A stretch of DNA of 60,756 bases, filler included, from Hausera hauseri (lineage: Eukaryota), in assembly GCA_046269625.1 (NCBI GenBank). It is 12 parts of 12 records of this genome, joined end to end, with 100 filler letters (N's around TTAATTAATTAA, not from the genome) between each part and the next. Parts side by side here need not be neighbours in the genome. Positions count along the whole stretch, not along the records: positions 37,804 to 42,012 come from JBJURY010700327.1; positions 42,113 to 46,748 come from JBJURY010494575.1; positions 46,849 to 51,423 come from JBJURY010522013.1; positions 51,524 to 56,036 come from JBJURY010546897.1; 8 more parts are not named here. The stretch is one strand, 5' to 3'. The notes beneath the pieces were generated by a model, which had not been told where the DNA came from, searched no databases, and saw only the letters and a program-made list of their open reading frames with translations. Position numbers and translations under genes: made by a program. Of this stretch, positions 40,446-54,719 are shown in pieces. Every line of letters starts with the position of its first letter. Position 1 is the first letter of the stretch.

Positions 40446-40882
40446 ATGATGAAATTTCTCAATCTCATAATTCTGATCCAATGTGTTCACATGACAATTT
40501 CGATACGATGTTACCCAACAGATTCATGGTTTAACATTCTCGTACATGTTGACAATATTCTATCGAAGGAGAACTTGGTCCAAGATATCTCCATCCAAAT
40601 GTTTGATGCGGCACAGTCTAATTCATTAATACAGAAAACGGATCTAGTAGCTGCGATAAACCCATTCTGCACATAAACCCATGTCTGGATCCTCCGGCAA
40701 TTTTGGTCTACGAATTATGCGATCCCAATAAATTTTGTGATTTCGTACAAGTTCAATATAAATTCAAAAAAATGACTGTTCGACAAATTCTAGAAAAGCG
40801 TATTTCCTACGTGTATTTGGAAAATGTAATAACGAATATGACAGTTTGTGTGAATCGCTCAATTACAACAAAACTATATTAA
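40446..40882 (+). pseudogene. Small secreted Cys-containing protein, frameshifted by a 17-nt insertion
   Basis: TATAAAA at 40403, signal-peptide-like MMKFLNLIILIQCVHMTIS, and AATAAA at 40943. Removing 40656-40672 gives a 139-aa ORF. Confidence 0.6.
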
Positions 40883-40999
40883 CATTGTTCAGAATGCCAA
40901 ATGTATTTTGTTAAAAAGATTTGTATTTCTTTGTATATTTTCAATAAATACATGCGAGTTTTTGAGTTCATTTAATTTGTAACGTCTAGTTCTATTTAT

Positions 41000-41500
41000 T
41001 CGTTGTATATATGTTGCGGTTTACAATGTAGTTTAACATGTTGCATTTTACAAACAATTCAATTTACGTTTATGGATTGTTCACGTTATTAGTGATGTCG
41101 TGGTCTAACGATTTAGTAGTTTATGTGCTGATTCAGTAGTTAATGCTAATTGCAGATGACTGCTTTGCAATCAATGCAGTTTGGCAGTTTGGTAATAATG
41201 TGGTTTAGTGAGACGTTGTGGTTTAAAAGATGTTACGGTTTGCGAGATCTAAGATTTAATGACAATGCAGTTTAGGTGCTGATGAAATGCGGTTTATGAT
41301 GAAGAAGTTGTGATTTGCGATTTAATTCAAAGTTCAAAAATGAATAGTTAATACTTTGTGATGACTAGTTAATGTTTTATGATTTAAGGGTAACAACCGC
41401 CACCACAAATTGGTTACCAAAATAGGTAACAACATCGCACAAAAATTTACCAAAAAGGTAACAATAACCTAAAAGCTATACCAATTTTTACAATTTTCCC
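41000..41500. repeat. Degenerate short tandem repeats (GTTGCGGTTTA-like; GGTAACAAC)
   Basis: Recurrent G(T/C)GGTTTA / GCAGTTT motifs and GGTAACAA(C/T) units. Confidence 0.5.
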
Positions 41501-42739
41501 TCAAAACAAAAGGTTCAAGAAACCATCTGACATTTCAGTTGTCATTTGATTTGAGTTAGCCGCATGAAATTGATTGTCTTATAGGAACCCAACAAAGTTG
41601 GTAAATTCTTTTTTGTTATTTTATTTTGATAATTCTGGTGTTTGGTTTGTCGTGTTTCCCAGTGTCTCTTTGTATTTTCAGCCATTTGCTCATTTTTGTT
41701 CCTGCCTCCAGGCTGCCACTCACACCTGCTCCTCGTATTCATTACTCTCAGCTGTTTCCACAACTAATCATTCCTCCCAGCCTAGTTACACTCATGGTTT
41801 CCTCTCACACATTAGCACCTCCAAAAAATAAACGTTATAATTGGGTATCCATGCGGATGCTACAGAAAATCCTGGGCTGCTATCAAAACTAAAAGAAAGA
41901 ACAGATTTGCAAATTAAAATTTTTTATTGTTTTATACAAATAGGGTGAAAAATAAATGTGAGGGTGATGTAAAAAAAAAAAAGAACATTTTTTTTTTAAA
42001 CTGATTTTTTCANNNNNNNNNNNNNNNNNNNNNNNNNNNNNNNNNNNNNNNNNNNNTTAATTAATTAANNNNNNNNNNNNNNNNNNNNNNNNNNNNNNNN
42101 NNNNNNNNNNNNGAACAAAATTCGAGAAAATCTTGGCAGCTAATAATGTATTAAAATATTGACGGTGTTCGGATTGACAAAAAAAATCACAAATGAAATA
42201 TTTACACTAAACCGCAAATTTAAAATGTACAAAAGTTCAAAATCTATTAACAAAATTATAAGTTCAATGTACGCGACCAAATGTCAGTAAATTTCAAAAG
42301 AAAACCGAGCAGTACGAAAATAGAGTTAAGGAACGAATAATAAGAATGAAATTAAACTTGAATAAATACAACTGGACAATGCAAAATTGCAAAACCAAAC
42401 GACTCTGATTTAGTACGTAGGGAATGTCGCTGAAAAATAGATCGTGCCCAATAAAATGTCTGCTAAATTTCAGTGATTTTAAAAATGTCTGTGATAGAAT
42501 CATCGGAAACATCCATTTCGAGGGTATGGATATCGGATCGAAAATCGGAGAAACTTGCAGTAGACGTCTCAAATTCGTTCATTCAACAATGTCATTAGTC
42601 CTTTCGAAAAGTATTTAGAATTGACATTTTCAAAGTGGAAAATCGGGATCCGTTCATGCGCCAGACACGCCGGCGGCGGAGAAACCCGGCCGTGCCCAAC
42701 CGAATGGGCCGGAGGGCAACGGTCGACGCCGGCACCACA

Positions 42740-45700
42740 CAAACATTATTCCGTGTATTGCGTATCACTCATACACTTAGATCAGGAGCAGTGCCATCAG
42801 AAGTTGGCGAAGTATTACGCTGTGGGGACGGACACATATCTATGTCCCACGTGCATTGCCCCACATATCCACAATACTGTACTAGTAGAGTGCATAACGT
42901 TGATGGTTGCCATACTGCAATAGAGCAGAACTATGGCATCATCACAACGCTACACAGTAAACGGGTCTATGTTTGTCCCGGTTGTTGTTGTTATATAGTT
43001 GATGATCAAATCAACTATGAACAATTCTATAATCAACAGAATGACCACTTAAACCAGTTTAAACGGTCCAAAAAGCAACTAATCATGGACTCAACAAAAA
43101 GAAGCATCCCCTCAACAACAACAACAACAACAACAACCGGTAGGAAACGTCAAGCATCCACAAGCTTTGACAAATACTCGCAAAGCAGCAGCAGTAAGCA
43201 ACAGCAGCAGCAGCAACAACATGACCATCAGGAATCACCCATTACCGTCAAGTACGATCTAAACAGATCGTACGTGGACATGAATGTGGATATGTCAGCG
43301 GCAACGACAACAACAACAACAACAATGCAATTGAGACATGTCCCGTCCCGTGTGCGAAACCGACTGAAAGTTGAAGTGCGGAAATTCAAACACAATTGTA
43401 AAGTGCAGTATTATGCACTTGCAGAATTCGAAAACGTGCAAGGTGACAGGAAACAATAGTACCTGTCACATCGAACTGTGCTATATGCCGAAGATTTCGT
43501 TGAGGACATTGGCGAAAAGACCGATGAGAAAATCGCTAAATATACGGAAAAAGGCAGCGGCTGGCGAATTGTAAAGATTGTCACTCTAGGCTTTATTCTG
43601 ACCAAGACGAGTGACATGATCTACCTGTCCGGACGTTCATTCATACCGACACCTGCATCCTTCAAGCAGTCTCTGGCGGTAGTGAATGTACAAGATACTA
43701 ACGACGAATACTGCTTTATTTATAGCATTCTGACTGTATTGAAATATGATCAAGTGTCCAGACATCATGCAAATTGTCCAAAGCAGTACAGTAAGTATTC
43801 TTCAGAATTGGACTACGACGAATGTTGGATGCCGATGAAACTCAAAACCATTCCGGCTTTTGAACGGCGTAATCCGACAATGGCAATCAACGTGTTCCGG
43901 TATAACACAATTATAGAGATACCGACAGATGAAGAAATATACAAAAATTCCCATGTAGACATAATCTACCGCAGTCGGAACGCAAATGGACGCCCAGTAA
44001 ATTTGTTGCTGTTGGAAAATGCAGAAAACTTTCATTATGTGGCAGTAACAAATTTTGATAGACTATTAAACATGGACCATTATTAGTTTGTCCAAAAACG
44101 CATACACTGCAAATGGTGTCCCATATGTCTACATGGCTTTAGGTCAGAAGCGATACGGGAAAAGCATGTGGCGCTGTGCAAGAAAAATGCAACAGAAACA
44201 AAAATGTATGTCATGCCAGTCAAAAAGGAACTGAGATTCAGTGACTGGTTAAAAATCGACAGTCTGGCATATGTGGTATATGCCGATATCGAGGCAATTT
44301 TACCACGGCACAACATCTACGACCAAGGGCATGTCCTAATCGCCGTCAGCATGCTGATTGTGCTAATTAAAACCCACGGACAATTACAATACTACGTTTT
44401 GCATGGATAAAACTGTGTCTGCGATTTCCTGCATTAGTTGGAAACAATAGTAAAAACGGAAATCGCGCCGTGGTATTGGAATAATAGCACTAAACCCTTG
44501 GTCTGGGCAAACGAATGTGAACCACTGCTTTTCGCTGCCACTGACGAATGTTACCTGTACCATAAAATATTGCCGTTCGATGCACAGGAATGGCTCGTAC
44601 CGGATCACGATCCTTTCACTGGTCGATACTTTGGAGCAGCATGCAATTCATGCAATTTGGCAAGACGGGTGCCGCCATTCCTGCCGGCCATATTTCATAA
44701 CTTCAGGGGTTATGACTATCACCATATTCTGAAATGGGTCATCAACGGATTTCCACACTGGGAGCTATACATAATCCCAACAACGATGGAGATGTACTTC
44801 TCCTTAGCAGCACGCAGAAACCGGTTTCAGGTACGATTTCTTGACTCATTGCAGTTCCTCAATGAGTCTCTAGCAAAGCTCATAAATGCCTTGCCGGATG
44901 TTCCGCTAACAGTGACGCAGTACCCCACGTATATTGCACGTAGCAAAGGCATATTCTCATATGACTTTGCTGTGTCGTACGAGCGGCTTCAGACAACAGA
45001 TGAATTGCCGCCACAATGGACTGAAATCAGAGAGGACAAGTACCACAGAGCACAGGAAGTATGGACAGAACTCGGCTGCAGAAACATGTTGGAGTACATG
45101 CTCCAGTACCTGAAACTGGACGTGTACTTTTTAGCCGATGTGTTTCAGACATTTCGTGCTAAGGCGTTGGTGGAAAATAGGCCGGAGCTGCTAAACTTTT
45201 ACTCCATACCGGGGATGAGTTGGGCATCGGCACTAATGTCGCTGGACAGGGAAATTGATCTGTTGCAAGACCCGGAAATGTATCGACTATTTAATGCTGA
45301 TATTCGTGGCGGCATGACATTTGCAACAAACATCACGTAACCAGTGATGACGATGATGATTATACAACGTCAATGTTGTACATCGATATTAATAACCCGT
45401 ACGGCTGGGCGCTTTCACAACCCTTGCCGTACGGTTCATTCGAATGGATAGTCGACATACAGGACCTGGACACAATAATGAAAAATCTGTCGAGGGTGCC
45501 AGACACGACAACAGCAGAAAACAGCTCAATCGGATACATAATAGAGGTTGATCTCGTGGTACCAGATAAGCTGCATGACTTTCTGGAGGAACTACCGGTC
45601 ACACCAATTACCCAATATCCGCCTAACGGTTTAAAAGTAAAGAAGCTGCTCATGACACATAAAACCAAATCAAATTACATAGTTCATTGGCGTATACTGC

Positions 45701-46640
45701 AGTTTTAGATGCAGCTCGGCGTGCGCGTCACAGCTGCATTGTGCAATCCACTTCAGTCAGGAGCCGATATAGAAGGCGTACATTGGTGGAAATTCAGAAA
45801 AACGAGCTGCAGCTTGTCAAAGTTCGAAAAGGACTATTACAAGCTCAAAAACAATTCACTGTACGGGAAAACAGTGGAAAATCTGAAGAAGCGGCTCAAT
45901 GTGCGCCTGTGCAACAACGAAAAGTGGATGGTTACGTACACCAGCAAGGTTTAGTTCAGGCGGTCAATGCACATTGCCGACAAATTGGTGGCCGTGCTTT
46001 TCAACAGGGAAGAAGTCGTGCTAAACCGGCCAAGCTACATCGGGCAAGTGGTATTGGACCTGAGCAAGTTGCGAATGTAAAAGCTCCAGTATCGCGACTT
46101 GGCACGTTATCGGCAAATGTTTGGCGGCGGCGGCTGGGAAATCAGTATTGTTGCCGGTGACACAGACAGCTTTTTCTTGGAGCTGAAAAACATCGATCGG
46201 GACCAGCTGCTCCGACAAATGATGGCAGATGGACTACTGGACACGTCCAACTGCCCGCCGGATCATCCGCTGTACAGCAGCGCGATAACAAGCAAAATCG
46301 GCTGCTTCAAGGACGAAAGCGAAGGTCGGGTCCAGTACAGGGAATGGATATTACTACGCCCAAAGTTCTACAGTCTTCTGACGGAATGTTGGCCAAAAAT
46401 GCGCGCAAAAGGCATCCAGCTGAAACAGACGAACTAAGTCACGGTGATTATCGCCGCGTCTATGATGGACAAGATGGAGAAGACGGAAAGGCTGTTGTGT
46501 CTCAAACGACCATACGATCGATTGAGCACCAGCTATATACAATCACAAATAGAAAGGTTGCTTTGTCATGCAACGATGACAAGCGAAAATGGGTGGGGCG
46601 GAATAAGAGTTGGGCGTACGGACATTGGCGTTTGAAGTAA
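42740..46640 (+). pseudogene. Near full-length protein-primed PolB relic, copy C (second subfamily)
   Basis: Cys/His modules, poly-T/Q tracts, KGSGW, VVNVQDTNDEYCFIYSIL...FHYVAV, VYADIEA, DHDPFTGRYFGAACNSCNL, FHNFRGYDYH, YLKLDV, IRGGM, YIDINNPYGWAL, KLKNNSLYGKTVEN, AGDTDS and DDKR. Confidence 0.95.
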
Positions 46641-47863
46641 AACACATACCGACAGACCAGTTCAAATATGAAATTCAATCCAGCCAGTTTATTGACAATT
46701 TGTGATTTTCTATTGTACATGTTGTATTACATTTCAATAACGTATTTTNNNNNNNNNNNNNNNNNNNNNNNNNNNNNNNNNNNNNNNNNNNNTTAATTAA
46801 TTAANNNNNNNNNNNNNNNNNNNNNNNNNNNNNNNNNNNNNNNNNNNNTGATATCAATATTATGCAAAATATAATTGATATAACTTGGCAATTGTTTTCC
46901 CAAGCAAACAAAGAAATTATTCACGTGTCAATGAATAACTTTGCACATAGTTTCTTTATAATTTGCATCGTTTTTTACTTTCTTCCAATTATCATTGATT
47001 ATCCTACATGAATCATATCATTTATTATTATCATCATCAAAGTTTATGACAAATAACTAAATTCACAAAAATGTTCAACATGCGCAACACAACCGAAACA
47101 ACCAGCGGCATGCGGCAAGTTAAATCGAAATTCATTGTTGACAATTCAGACGGAAATTCAATGTGACTGGATCTGATGCCGTTAGTCAGTGAATATTAAA
47201 TTGAATTGAAACTACAAAATACTGGATGCAATTGCTGTCATGGAAAATATTGCCGTTTATCTTTATTGGCCATTTTTTATCATTGGACTTTGTCGATTTT
47301 GTGAATGTCTACTGTAATAGTGCAAATAATACCAATATCGGATTCATGTTTCTGAGATGCGTTTGTAGTTGTTTTAAAAAGCAGAATTAATTTTTTTTTG
47401 CGTTTAAATTCTTGTTTATGCCATGTTAAACTTGCTTAAATACGAAATTATCATGGAGATAATCGCCAGACGTTTTTTAAAGCACGGATCCCAGTCAGCA
47501 TGTGAGATAAATTTTGGAAGAAAATTTAATCAAGAGAATAATAAAAATTACATTTTTAAAGTTCTAAAGGGAAAAAGACAGAAAATGTCTGATAACGATT
47601 TGGTTGATTTCTATCCAACTTTATGGCGACAAACATCTCAGTGGAATCTATCAATCGAGATTGTGTACTCATATAAATGATGTCAGAAATGCAAGGACTT
47701 TTTCACGGTAATATTCATATTTTTCTCAATTGTGAATTTTAAACTTTCTGATCTGCACGTTAGACGGTCTTTACAAAACTATTGTTTTATAATTGCATCA
47801 TCTGAATTTTACTAGTATAAGTCATTTATAAGACCCACTACCGATTATCAAACATCGACGTTA

Positions 47864-49390
47864 TTGTTGCCATTCATAAGGGAAAAATTCCGATCAAACA
47901 ATGCGAAAATGCTACTAAACATCCTGGTGCACATGTTCCCGACGATTCTGCGTGGGCTTAACGTAGCTGCAGTGGCATCATCGAGAAAAGTTCAAATATC
48001 AAATGAATGTAACCAAATAAATTCCAAAACACAATTTTCGTTAGAAGAGGAATTAAACAATTTCAGAATTCAGCTTTTGCTTATTGAAAACGAACGTAAA
48101 CCATGGAATAATCTAGTAGAAGCGTGCAAAGAATTCTCCATTGAGAATGGGACATTGGAATATTTCGAAATTTCCGATAAGTACGGAGCGATCGTTGACA
48201 ATTACACCACAAAATTACGGAACGTAGTGACGTGTCAGCATGGAGGAGGTAAAGGTGTTGTTCATTGGACAACACAATGTCGGTAAATCGATGATCATCA
48301 ATGCCATGCTTGGTACCAGATTGGTCACCGTATACAATGGCACGACAACCAGTTGCTTCGTTGGTATTCAGCAGTTTCAGATACTGGCATTGCAATACGG
48401 CAATGAAGAGGAAGTATTCAACAGTGAGAGTGAATTGGAATTTAGCAGAATGCAAAAGAATCGTAATATTCGCCAAAATATGTTTACACTTATGAATCAA
48501 TGTGACAAAGATGACGGCGACGAGGACAAGGACGCAATAAATGAGAACAGATAACGTATTCGCAATTAATGCATTAATATGCTGAAAATTCAGGGAGATC
48601 TTTGATGGTTTGAAGCCGAGCGACGAGTGTTTTTTGTATCGGGTATGGAAGTTTTAAAGTATCGACTCGGAGAGTTTGGTTTATTGTCTGACGTACAACA
48701 AATTCGATTGGAAGAGTTCCAGAGATTCGAAGATTTTCTATCGACGTACGTAAACGATATTAAACTACGGCATCGAGATGATACAGAAAAAGAATTTTTT
48801 ACAATTATTGGTGCGATTTGTAATGATTGCCAAGCTTTCATAAAAGAAATTAAAGATGCTAAAAGTAAATTAGACCCAAGGTTACTCAGCATGGTAATAA
48901 ATGACATCGACAATAAAATAAACGATATTGTGAATGAAATCTACTCTAGTACAGGACGAATTAGGTCAGAGTTACGGAAAAAAACGTCGTTGCGTAGAAG
49001 CGACCGTACATTAGTAATGTCACAGACAATCTCGTGGTTAGGTAAACCATTTTCCAATAGCAAATATTCCGATCAACCGCTTGAATTCGCAATTGACTAT
49101 GCGGATAAAGCTATTCGAAAGTTGAATACTGAGATAAATGATTGCGTGGTCGTATACATAAACAAGGTTATCAACCAGTGTAAACGGCTGTACACACAAG
49201 AGAAACGTATTGTCGTTATGGAGAACATCAAAAGAGAGACATTCAAATGCGATTATATGCAGGTTGAATTAAAGAGAAACAGTTATTTCAGCCATCTTCA
49301 TAATGTCAATGATGTTAATGCCAAATTTATTCAACCCGGACTTATCGCTGCATACCAATCCAAAGACGGTTTTGAACGTGTTAAAGTCCT
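47864..49390 (+). pseudogene. Divergent intronless mitofusin/Fzo-like dynamin-superfamily GTPase relic
   Basis: VDNYTTKLRNV, then KVLFIGQHNVGKSMIINAML...GTTTSCF (G1/G2), VFNSESEL, NMFTLMNQCD (G4-like) and RRVFFVSGMEVLKYR...RLEEFQRFEDFL. The G3 region is deleted. Frameshift and stops are present, and the gene is cut by a retroelement. Confidence 0.75.
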
Positions 49391-49416
49391 ACAAAAGACC
49401 AAAAAAGCGGAGACCT

Positions 49417-51423
49417 CGGTTACCCCGAAATTTCCCACCCGCCACGGCGAGGCTGAAGCTCCGACCGCCCACCCTATACCACTGGGTCAGACGGCATCCC
49501 TTGTCTCCGCCCCACGACACGCCTCCATCTACACGAACTCTCCTTATTTCCTATTCTTTTTCTTAAATAACAAACAAATTTGCACAAATGCAGTAACACA
49601 TTTAAACACGGCGGCAATCTATAACTTCACCTCCACTTTTCTTTGCACACCTGACTTTTACCTCACATTACGAAGCCATTGTACCTCTCGTTGGGAATCT
49701 GCAACCTTCTTCCATCTATATTCACCTTCACATTCACTTCCGCATCCGTGGTGGCATGGATTCACTACCCACTATTGATAACACGGACAAACCCATCAAA
49801 CCACCGATCTCTATCACTTACTTACCCAAGCAAAGTGCTTCAAATAACCCGACACATCACACACTCCCCACTCATTCACCCTGCACAGAATACTTCCTCG
49901 ACAGCCAAAATTCTACGCAAACATGGCTAAAACTTCATCAATTCTGGCTCCAATCACAAAACATCGTCAACCCCTTATCCAAAGCCAACGGCCGGTTTTT
50001 TCATTTACATGCCTCTCTCAAAACTAAAATTACAAACATCATCGACATCCTTCACCACATCGATCCATATGCTCAACTTTATAATGCTGTTTTTAAGCTC
50101 ACTGAGCCGTCAATTGATTCTATCATTCAAAGGTTCCTTAATGACAACGCCATGGGCCTACAGAAGCCTTCTTAATTCTTGCGCACATCTTTGTCTCACT
50201 TCAATACCCTTGGCGTAACATCTGTGCATAGTCCAGTACTTCTTTGTCGTTACTTTTTAAACGCATTGCCCCTTCAAATAAGAGCTCTGCTCACTGTGGT
50301 AGAGGACTGCACTGCACTGGAAAAGTTGGCCGAACTGGCAGACAAAGCTTATGAAGTGCTGCGCTCACACACACTATCAACTGTCTCTGCGGCATTAACA
50401 ACAAACCACCAACAACAAAATGCATTGCTACAACAACAAATTGCGCAATTACGCTCAGACAACGAAATTTTTTAAAAGACAATAAAATAAACGAGAAATT
50501 AAATGCGTTGACGCTGCCTCGACGAGGTTTTTCTAGGGCTGCCTCCCCTATTGTATTTTATCAAAGACAAAGACGGTCGCCTTCGTCCGCGCGGTCGTCT
50601 ATTTGCTACTATCACAACAAGTTTGGTAACAATGCAAAGAAATGCTGAATTGGTTGTAAATTTTACTCCCCGATTTTAATACAAGCAACATCGTTTGCAT
50701 CTATAACTCAAAATTTGGAACAAAAGCACAAAAATGCCTACCTGGCTGTAACTACAACAGGCACAATAAAGTCAATACCACTAAACCTACACAAAACAGT
50801 AGGTCAAATACACCAGCCACAAAAAACTGGTTTTGCCGCTAGGACACATGGCAAGTTTTAGCAAAGGCAACAACCTACAAAAAGATAGCCGATACACTTC
50901 TTTTGCTGTATTCACGTTGGAAGCAGCAGTTGTCACTCCAACAAAGCAAAACATTAATTTTCTCAGACACTGGCGCAGCAATCTCTTTACTATTACCAAC
51001 ACAGCACATCCAAAACAATTTCACTTCAAAAAACAACTGTTCACTGCGTCTGTTGAACCTTTACAAACTTTTGGTGTTATTAAATTAAATTTTACGCTTC
51101 CAAATTTTCCAAACTCATTCACTTGGAAATTTACAGTAGCCGGCGTACGCACACCTATATTGGGTGTATACAATTTACTTGTAGACTGCAAAGTATGTTC
51201 CTTAACGAGCGGAAACAATTTTAATCAAATTAGCAGCATTTTGTTGACCACCCGGGAGATCGCTTCCAGAAAGTTAATACTAAAGAAAGCGACCTCCGAT
51301 TTGACTTATTTTTATAATCATTCATTATATTGAAATATTTATTACGGCAACAAATACGATATTGCCAACTGCGTGGCACCTATTACTAATAGTACAGCTG
51401 CCAACACAATCTTCAACACGAAC
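49417..51423 (+). mobile_element. CsRN1-clade gypsy 5' part: degenerate tRNA-Trp-like PBS, gag with CHCC motif, protease
   Basis: CGGTTACCCCGA resembles TGGTGACCCCGA. gag reads MGLQKPS...FLNALP...LAELADK, followed by CYYHNKFGNNAKKC*IGC. Protease reads DTGAAISLL...FTWKFTVAGVRTPILG. Confidence 0.88.
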
Positions 51424-51523
51424 NNNNNNNNNNNNNNNNNNNNNNNNNNNNNNNNNNNNNNNNNNNNTTAATTAATTAANNNNNNNNNNNNNNNNNNNNN
51501 NNNNNNNNNNNNNNNNNNNNNNN

Positions 51524-54168
51524 TATATAAATTCGCACTTTACTCTGTTTAGTTGCGCATACTTCGCAAGCGCTTATCCAGTTTTTCTCATCAATATGTA
51601 CACTTGGTTAGTAGTATTTGTTTAGTATCCTCTATAAAGTCTTTCTCCAGGACATGTGTCCGGCTAAATATGAATCGTGTTTAGCCCTTAAGACGCCTAT
51701 TTTCTAAATTTTGCTTATAACTACTAATTTCCTTCCTTTTCGTTTACAGTACAAAACTTTTCATCATCTCTATGATGGGAATACGATATTTGTGTCCGTA
51801 TTGCTGTAAGTGCTTTTTTAGCTGATGACCTTTAGGCATTACATCTGTTTCAGAGTACTCAATGATTTGTTGTATAACCTTATCCTTTTTTTGTTGGAGT
51901 GAAATTTTGATTGCTTTATCTAAAGCTAGAATTCCCTGTCGATCTACTAACTCTTAGAGTCTATTTTTCTTCATTGTCGTAATAACACTTGTTTTTGTCT
52001 TTAGTCTAGATAATGCGTCAGCATCAATGTGCTTAGTACAGGGCTTATATTGAAATTCAATATTGTACCTTGAGATTTCTTCGATCCATATATTTAACCT
52101 GCATGTAGGATTGTTTGCTCGGCCTTTCAAAGTTGTAACTGCTTTGTGATCTGTTACGTCATTGAAGTGCCTTAAGGCTACTTTTACAGCTAACGTTCCT
52201 AATTCTCACTCCGAATAATTTTTTTCAAATTTCTTTAAGGAGCGTCGTCCATAAGCGATTGGATATTCCAATTCTTCATCCTTGCATCTCTGTGCTACCT
52301 CGTATCCAATTCCTTCTTTACTGGCGTCTGTCTTAATAATGAACGGAAGGTTAAAATCATGATATCTCGACACTGGCTCACTGGTTAATATTTTCTTCAT
52401 TTCATCGAACGCTTTTTGTTCACATCCGTCCATTTCCATTTGATTCCCTTTTTAGTAATCGATATAACGGCACGTTTATTTTCGAGTTATCCGGTACGTA
52501 AGTAGCGTAGTATCCACATAGGCCCAGTCAATGTCTTAATTCTTTTTATTTCTGCGGTTCCATACAGTCTGAAATATTATTCAATAATGATTTACCTGGC
52601 TTTGATCTTCTTTTTCCAACTATATGGCCAAGGTAAGATACAGCATTTTGAGCCCATTTACATTTCTTTGGATTTAGCTTTAACTCAGCTTGTTCTAATC
52701 TGATGAGTGTGTCTTCGATGTATTTTAGGTGTTCTTTCTCTGTTTTTGAGGCAATCATTACGTTGTCTAAGTACTCAAATGATGCTTGAGTCCCATTAAC
52801 ATTTTGTTCATTATCCTAGTGAAAATGGCTGGTCCGGCGGTAATTCCGAATGGCATAACATTAAACTCATACTCCATCATGAGTCTTAAACGCTGTTTAA
52901 TAAAGATCCTCATCTTCAATTTCTACTTGCCAATATTCGGATTGTATGTCCATAGTGGTAAACCATTTTGCTCCTGATAGTCTATCTAGTGCTTCTTTAC
53001 AGACGGTAAAGGAAATGAGTCTTTTATTATAAGACTATTTAGTGCTCGATAATCGATACAAAATCAATGTTTTGTGGTAACTTTCTTTTTGACCATAAAT
53101 ATAGGCGAGTACCAAGATCTAAAATTTGGTCTAATTATATCGGCATTAAGTTTTCACTCTATTTCCTTAGTTATTTCAGCTCTTAAAAAGTGTGGCGGTG
53201 GGTACCATTTTGGCATCTTCTGTTCCTCGAGATCAATTTTGTCGTTTGAACCAGGCTTTTTCGTAAGTGGTATAGTTAACTTTAACGCTTTTGCTCGACC
53301 AATGTCTTCTTCATCCTTAGCAATAATCGACTTCTATCGGCATAGTAATTCATAATACTGACAACATGCTTTTGGTGAAAATTTTGTGTCTACATGGGCG
53401 GAAACTCAGCATATTGGTATCGTTTTTCCTTAACGGTCATTGCTGATACTTTATAAGTGTACCCTAAAGTAGTATTAGCATATAGTTTTACTGGAATTTG
53501 TGCGTTGTTTGTTATTCTAACAGGTATCCGACCGGAGGCTGCACGGGTTAATACATTACTCAATATTATACTTGAATTCAACGTTTCTTTCGGCTCAAAA
53601 TATACCGGTAAATCGTCATCTGGACAAATTTGTGCGAATATTAATAATTCCGTTCTAGGCGGATATTTTCGTCTACCGAGATCCATACTTCTTCAATTTC
53701 TCTCTTATTAATTTTCGCCTCTTTTATTGGTCCAAGTTCGATTAGCTTCGAGGTGTTTAAGTTTACGGCTATGTTTGGTAGTCATTTTAATAGATCGCAT
53801 CCTTGTACTGCGTCATCATTTAAGTGTTCCATTATCGAGAATTAGTGTTGGAAGGTTTGTCCCATTATGTGGACGTTAGGATTCCATTTAAACCTGGGCT
53901 TTGACTCTTGTCCGAAAGCTCCTATGCTTCCGGGGTCGGTTGCTAGCGGTAACCGCAACTGAGTCCGTAATGTCTGTGGTATAGATCCGTCTTTTATAAA
54001 TGATCTCTCTGATCCGGTATCTATTAACGCGTATACCTCCCAATCGTCAATACTACTTTTGGCGAAATATCTACCCTCTTTAATTCTGAGTTGTTTAACA
54101 GTAGATAATCTGTGTCCATTTATACTGATTTCTTGTAAGCTACTCGTGTCTTTGGCTATTTGTCCCAA
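51524..54168 (-). pseudogene. pol: Ty3/gypsy pol: protease, RT, RNase H, integrase Zn-finger
   Basis: ALIDTGSERSFI, FCIDYRALN, KDSFPLP, YEFNVMPFG, EYLDNVMI, KLNPKKC, SYLGHIV, IKTDASKEGIG, TDHKAV and HDSYLAGH...CEVC. Confidence 0.95.
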
Positions 54169-54719
54169 TTCGCTAGCGGCATATGGTCCATTATTTACGC
54201 GATTTTTATCGTCTTGTGCGTATGTGTCAAATAACGGTTCTCGGTTGTTCGAATTACAAAAAGACTACATTCGTAGATTATCCCAAATTGATATTTTAGT
54301 TTCAATATTTTGTGGAATTCTTGGAGAGTATATTACTCTATGATCGTCAACCTATTGCTGCTGCAACGCTGATTTTACTCGGATTCCGTATATTTTCCGT
54401 AAGGCACCATACTGTTTTGTCCTTTTATAAGGGTCTTCATAGCTAAAGGGTTTCCGATAGGTTTCTGGCCTATAAGAGTCGATTAATCTTTTATCGCAAT
54501 TCTTATATACTGGTGCCGAAGAAGGAAGCATAGGCAAAGACGGTTTTACGAACATATGTTCTATATTTTTACTTAGATTGGAGACCATATCTCCTCCCTT
54601 AGGCTCATAATCATCTGAATTGTTTCTTCGTCATTTTATATCTCTTTATCCTATAAAGGATACGAGTTTTCGCTTTCCTTTCCAATTGTAATAGCCAGCA
54701 TGTCTTTCGACATTGCTTT

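Noticed and set aside
42635-42760. Arg-rich peptide MRQTRRRRRNP as a viral core protein
   Set aside because: It is short and GC-rich, and it overlaps the frame that leads into the Cys/His module. There is no independent support.
48627-49778. 383-aa ORF as a single real protein
   Set aside because: It is a chimeric read-through from the mitofusin-like relic into the 5' leader of a CsRN1 retroelement at about 49390.
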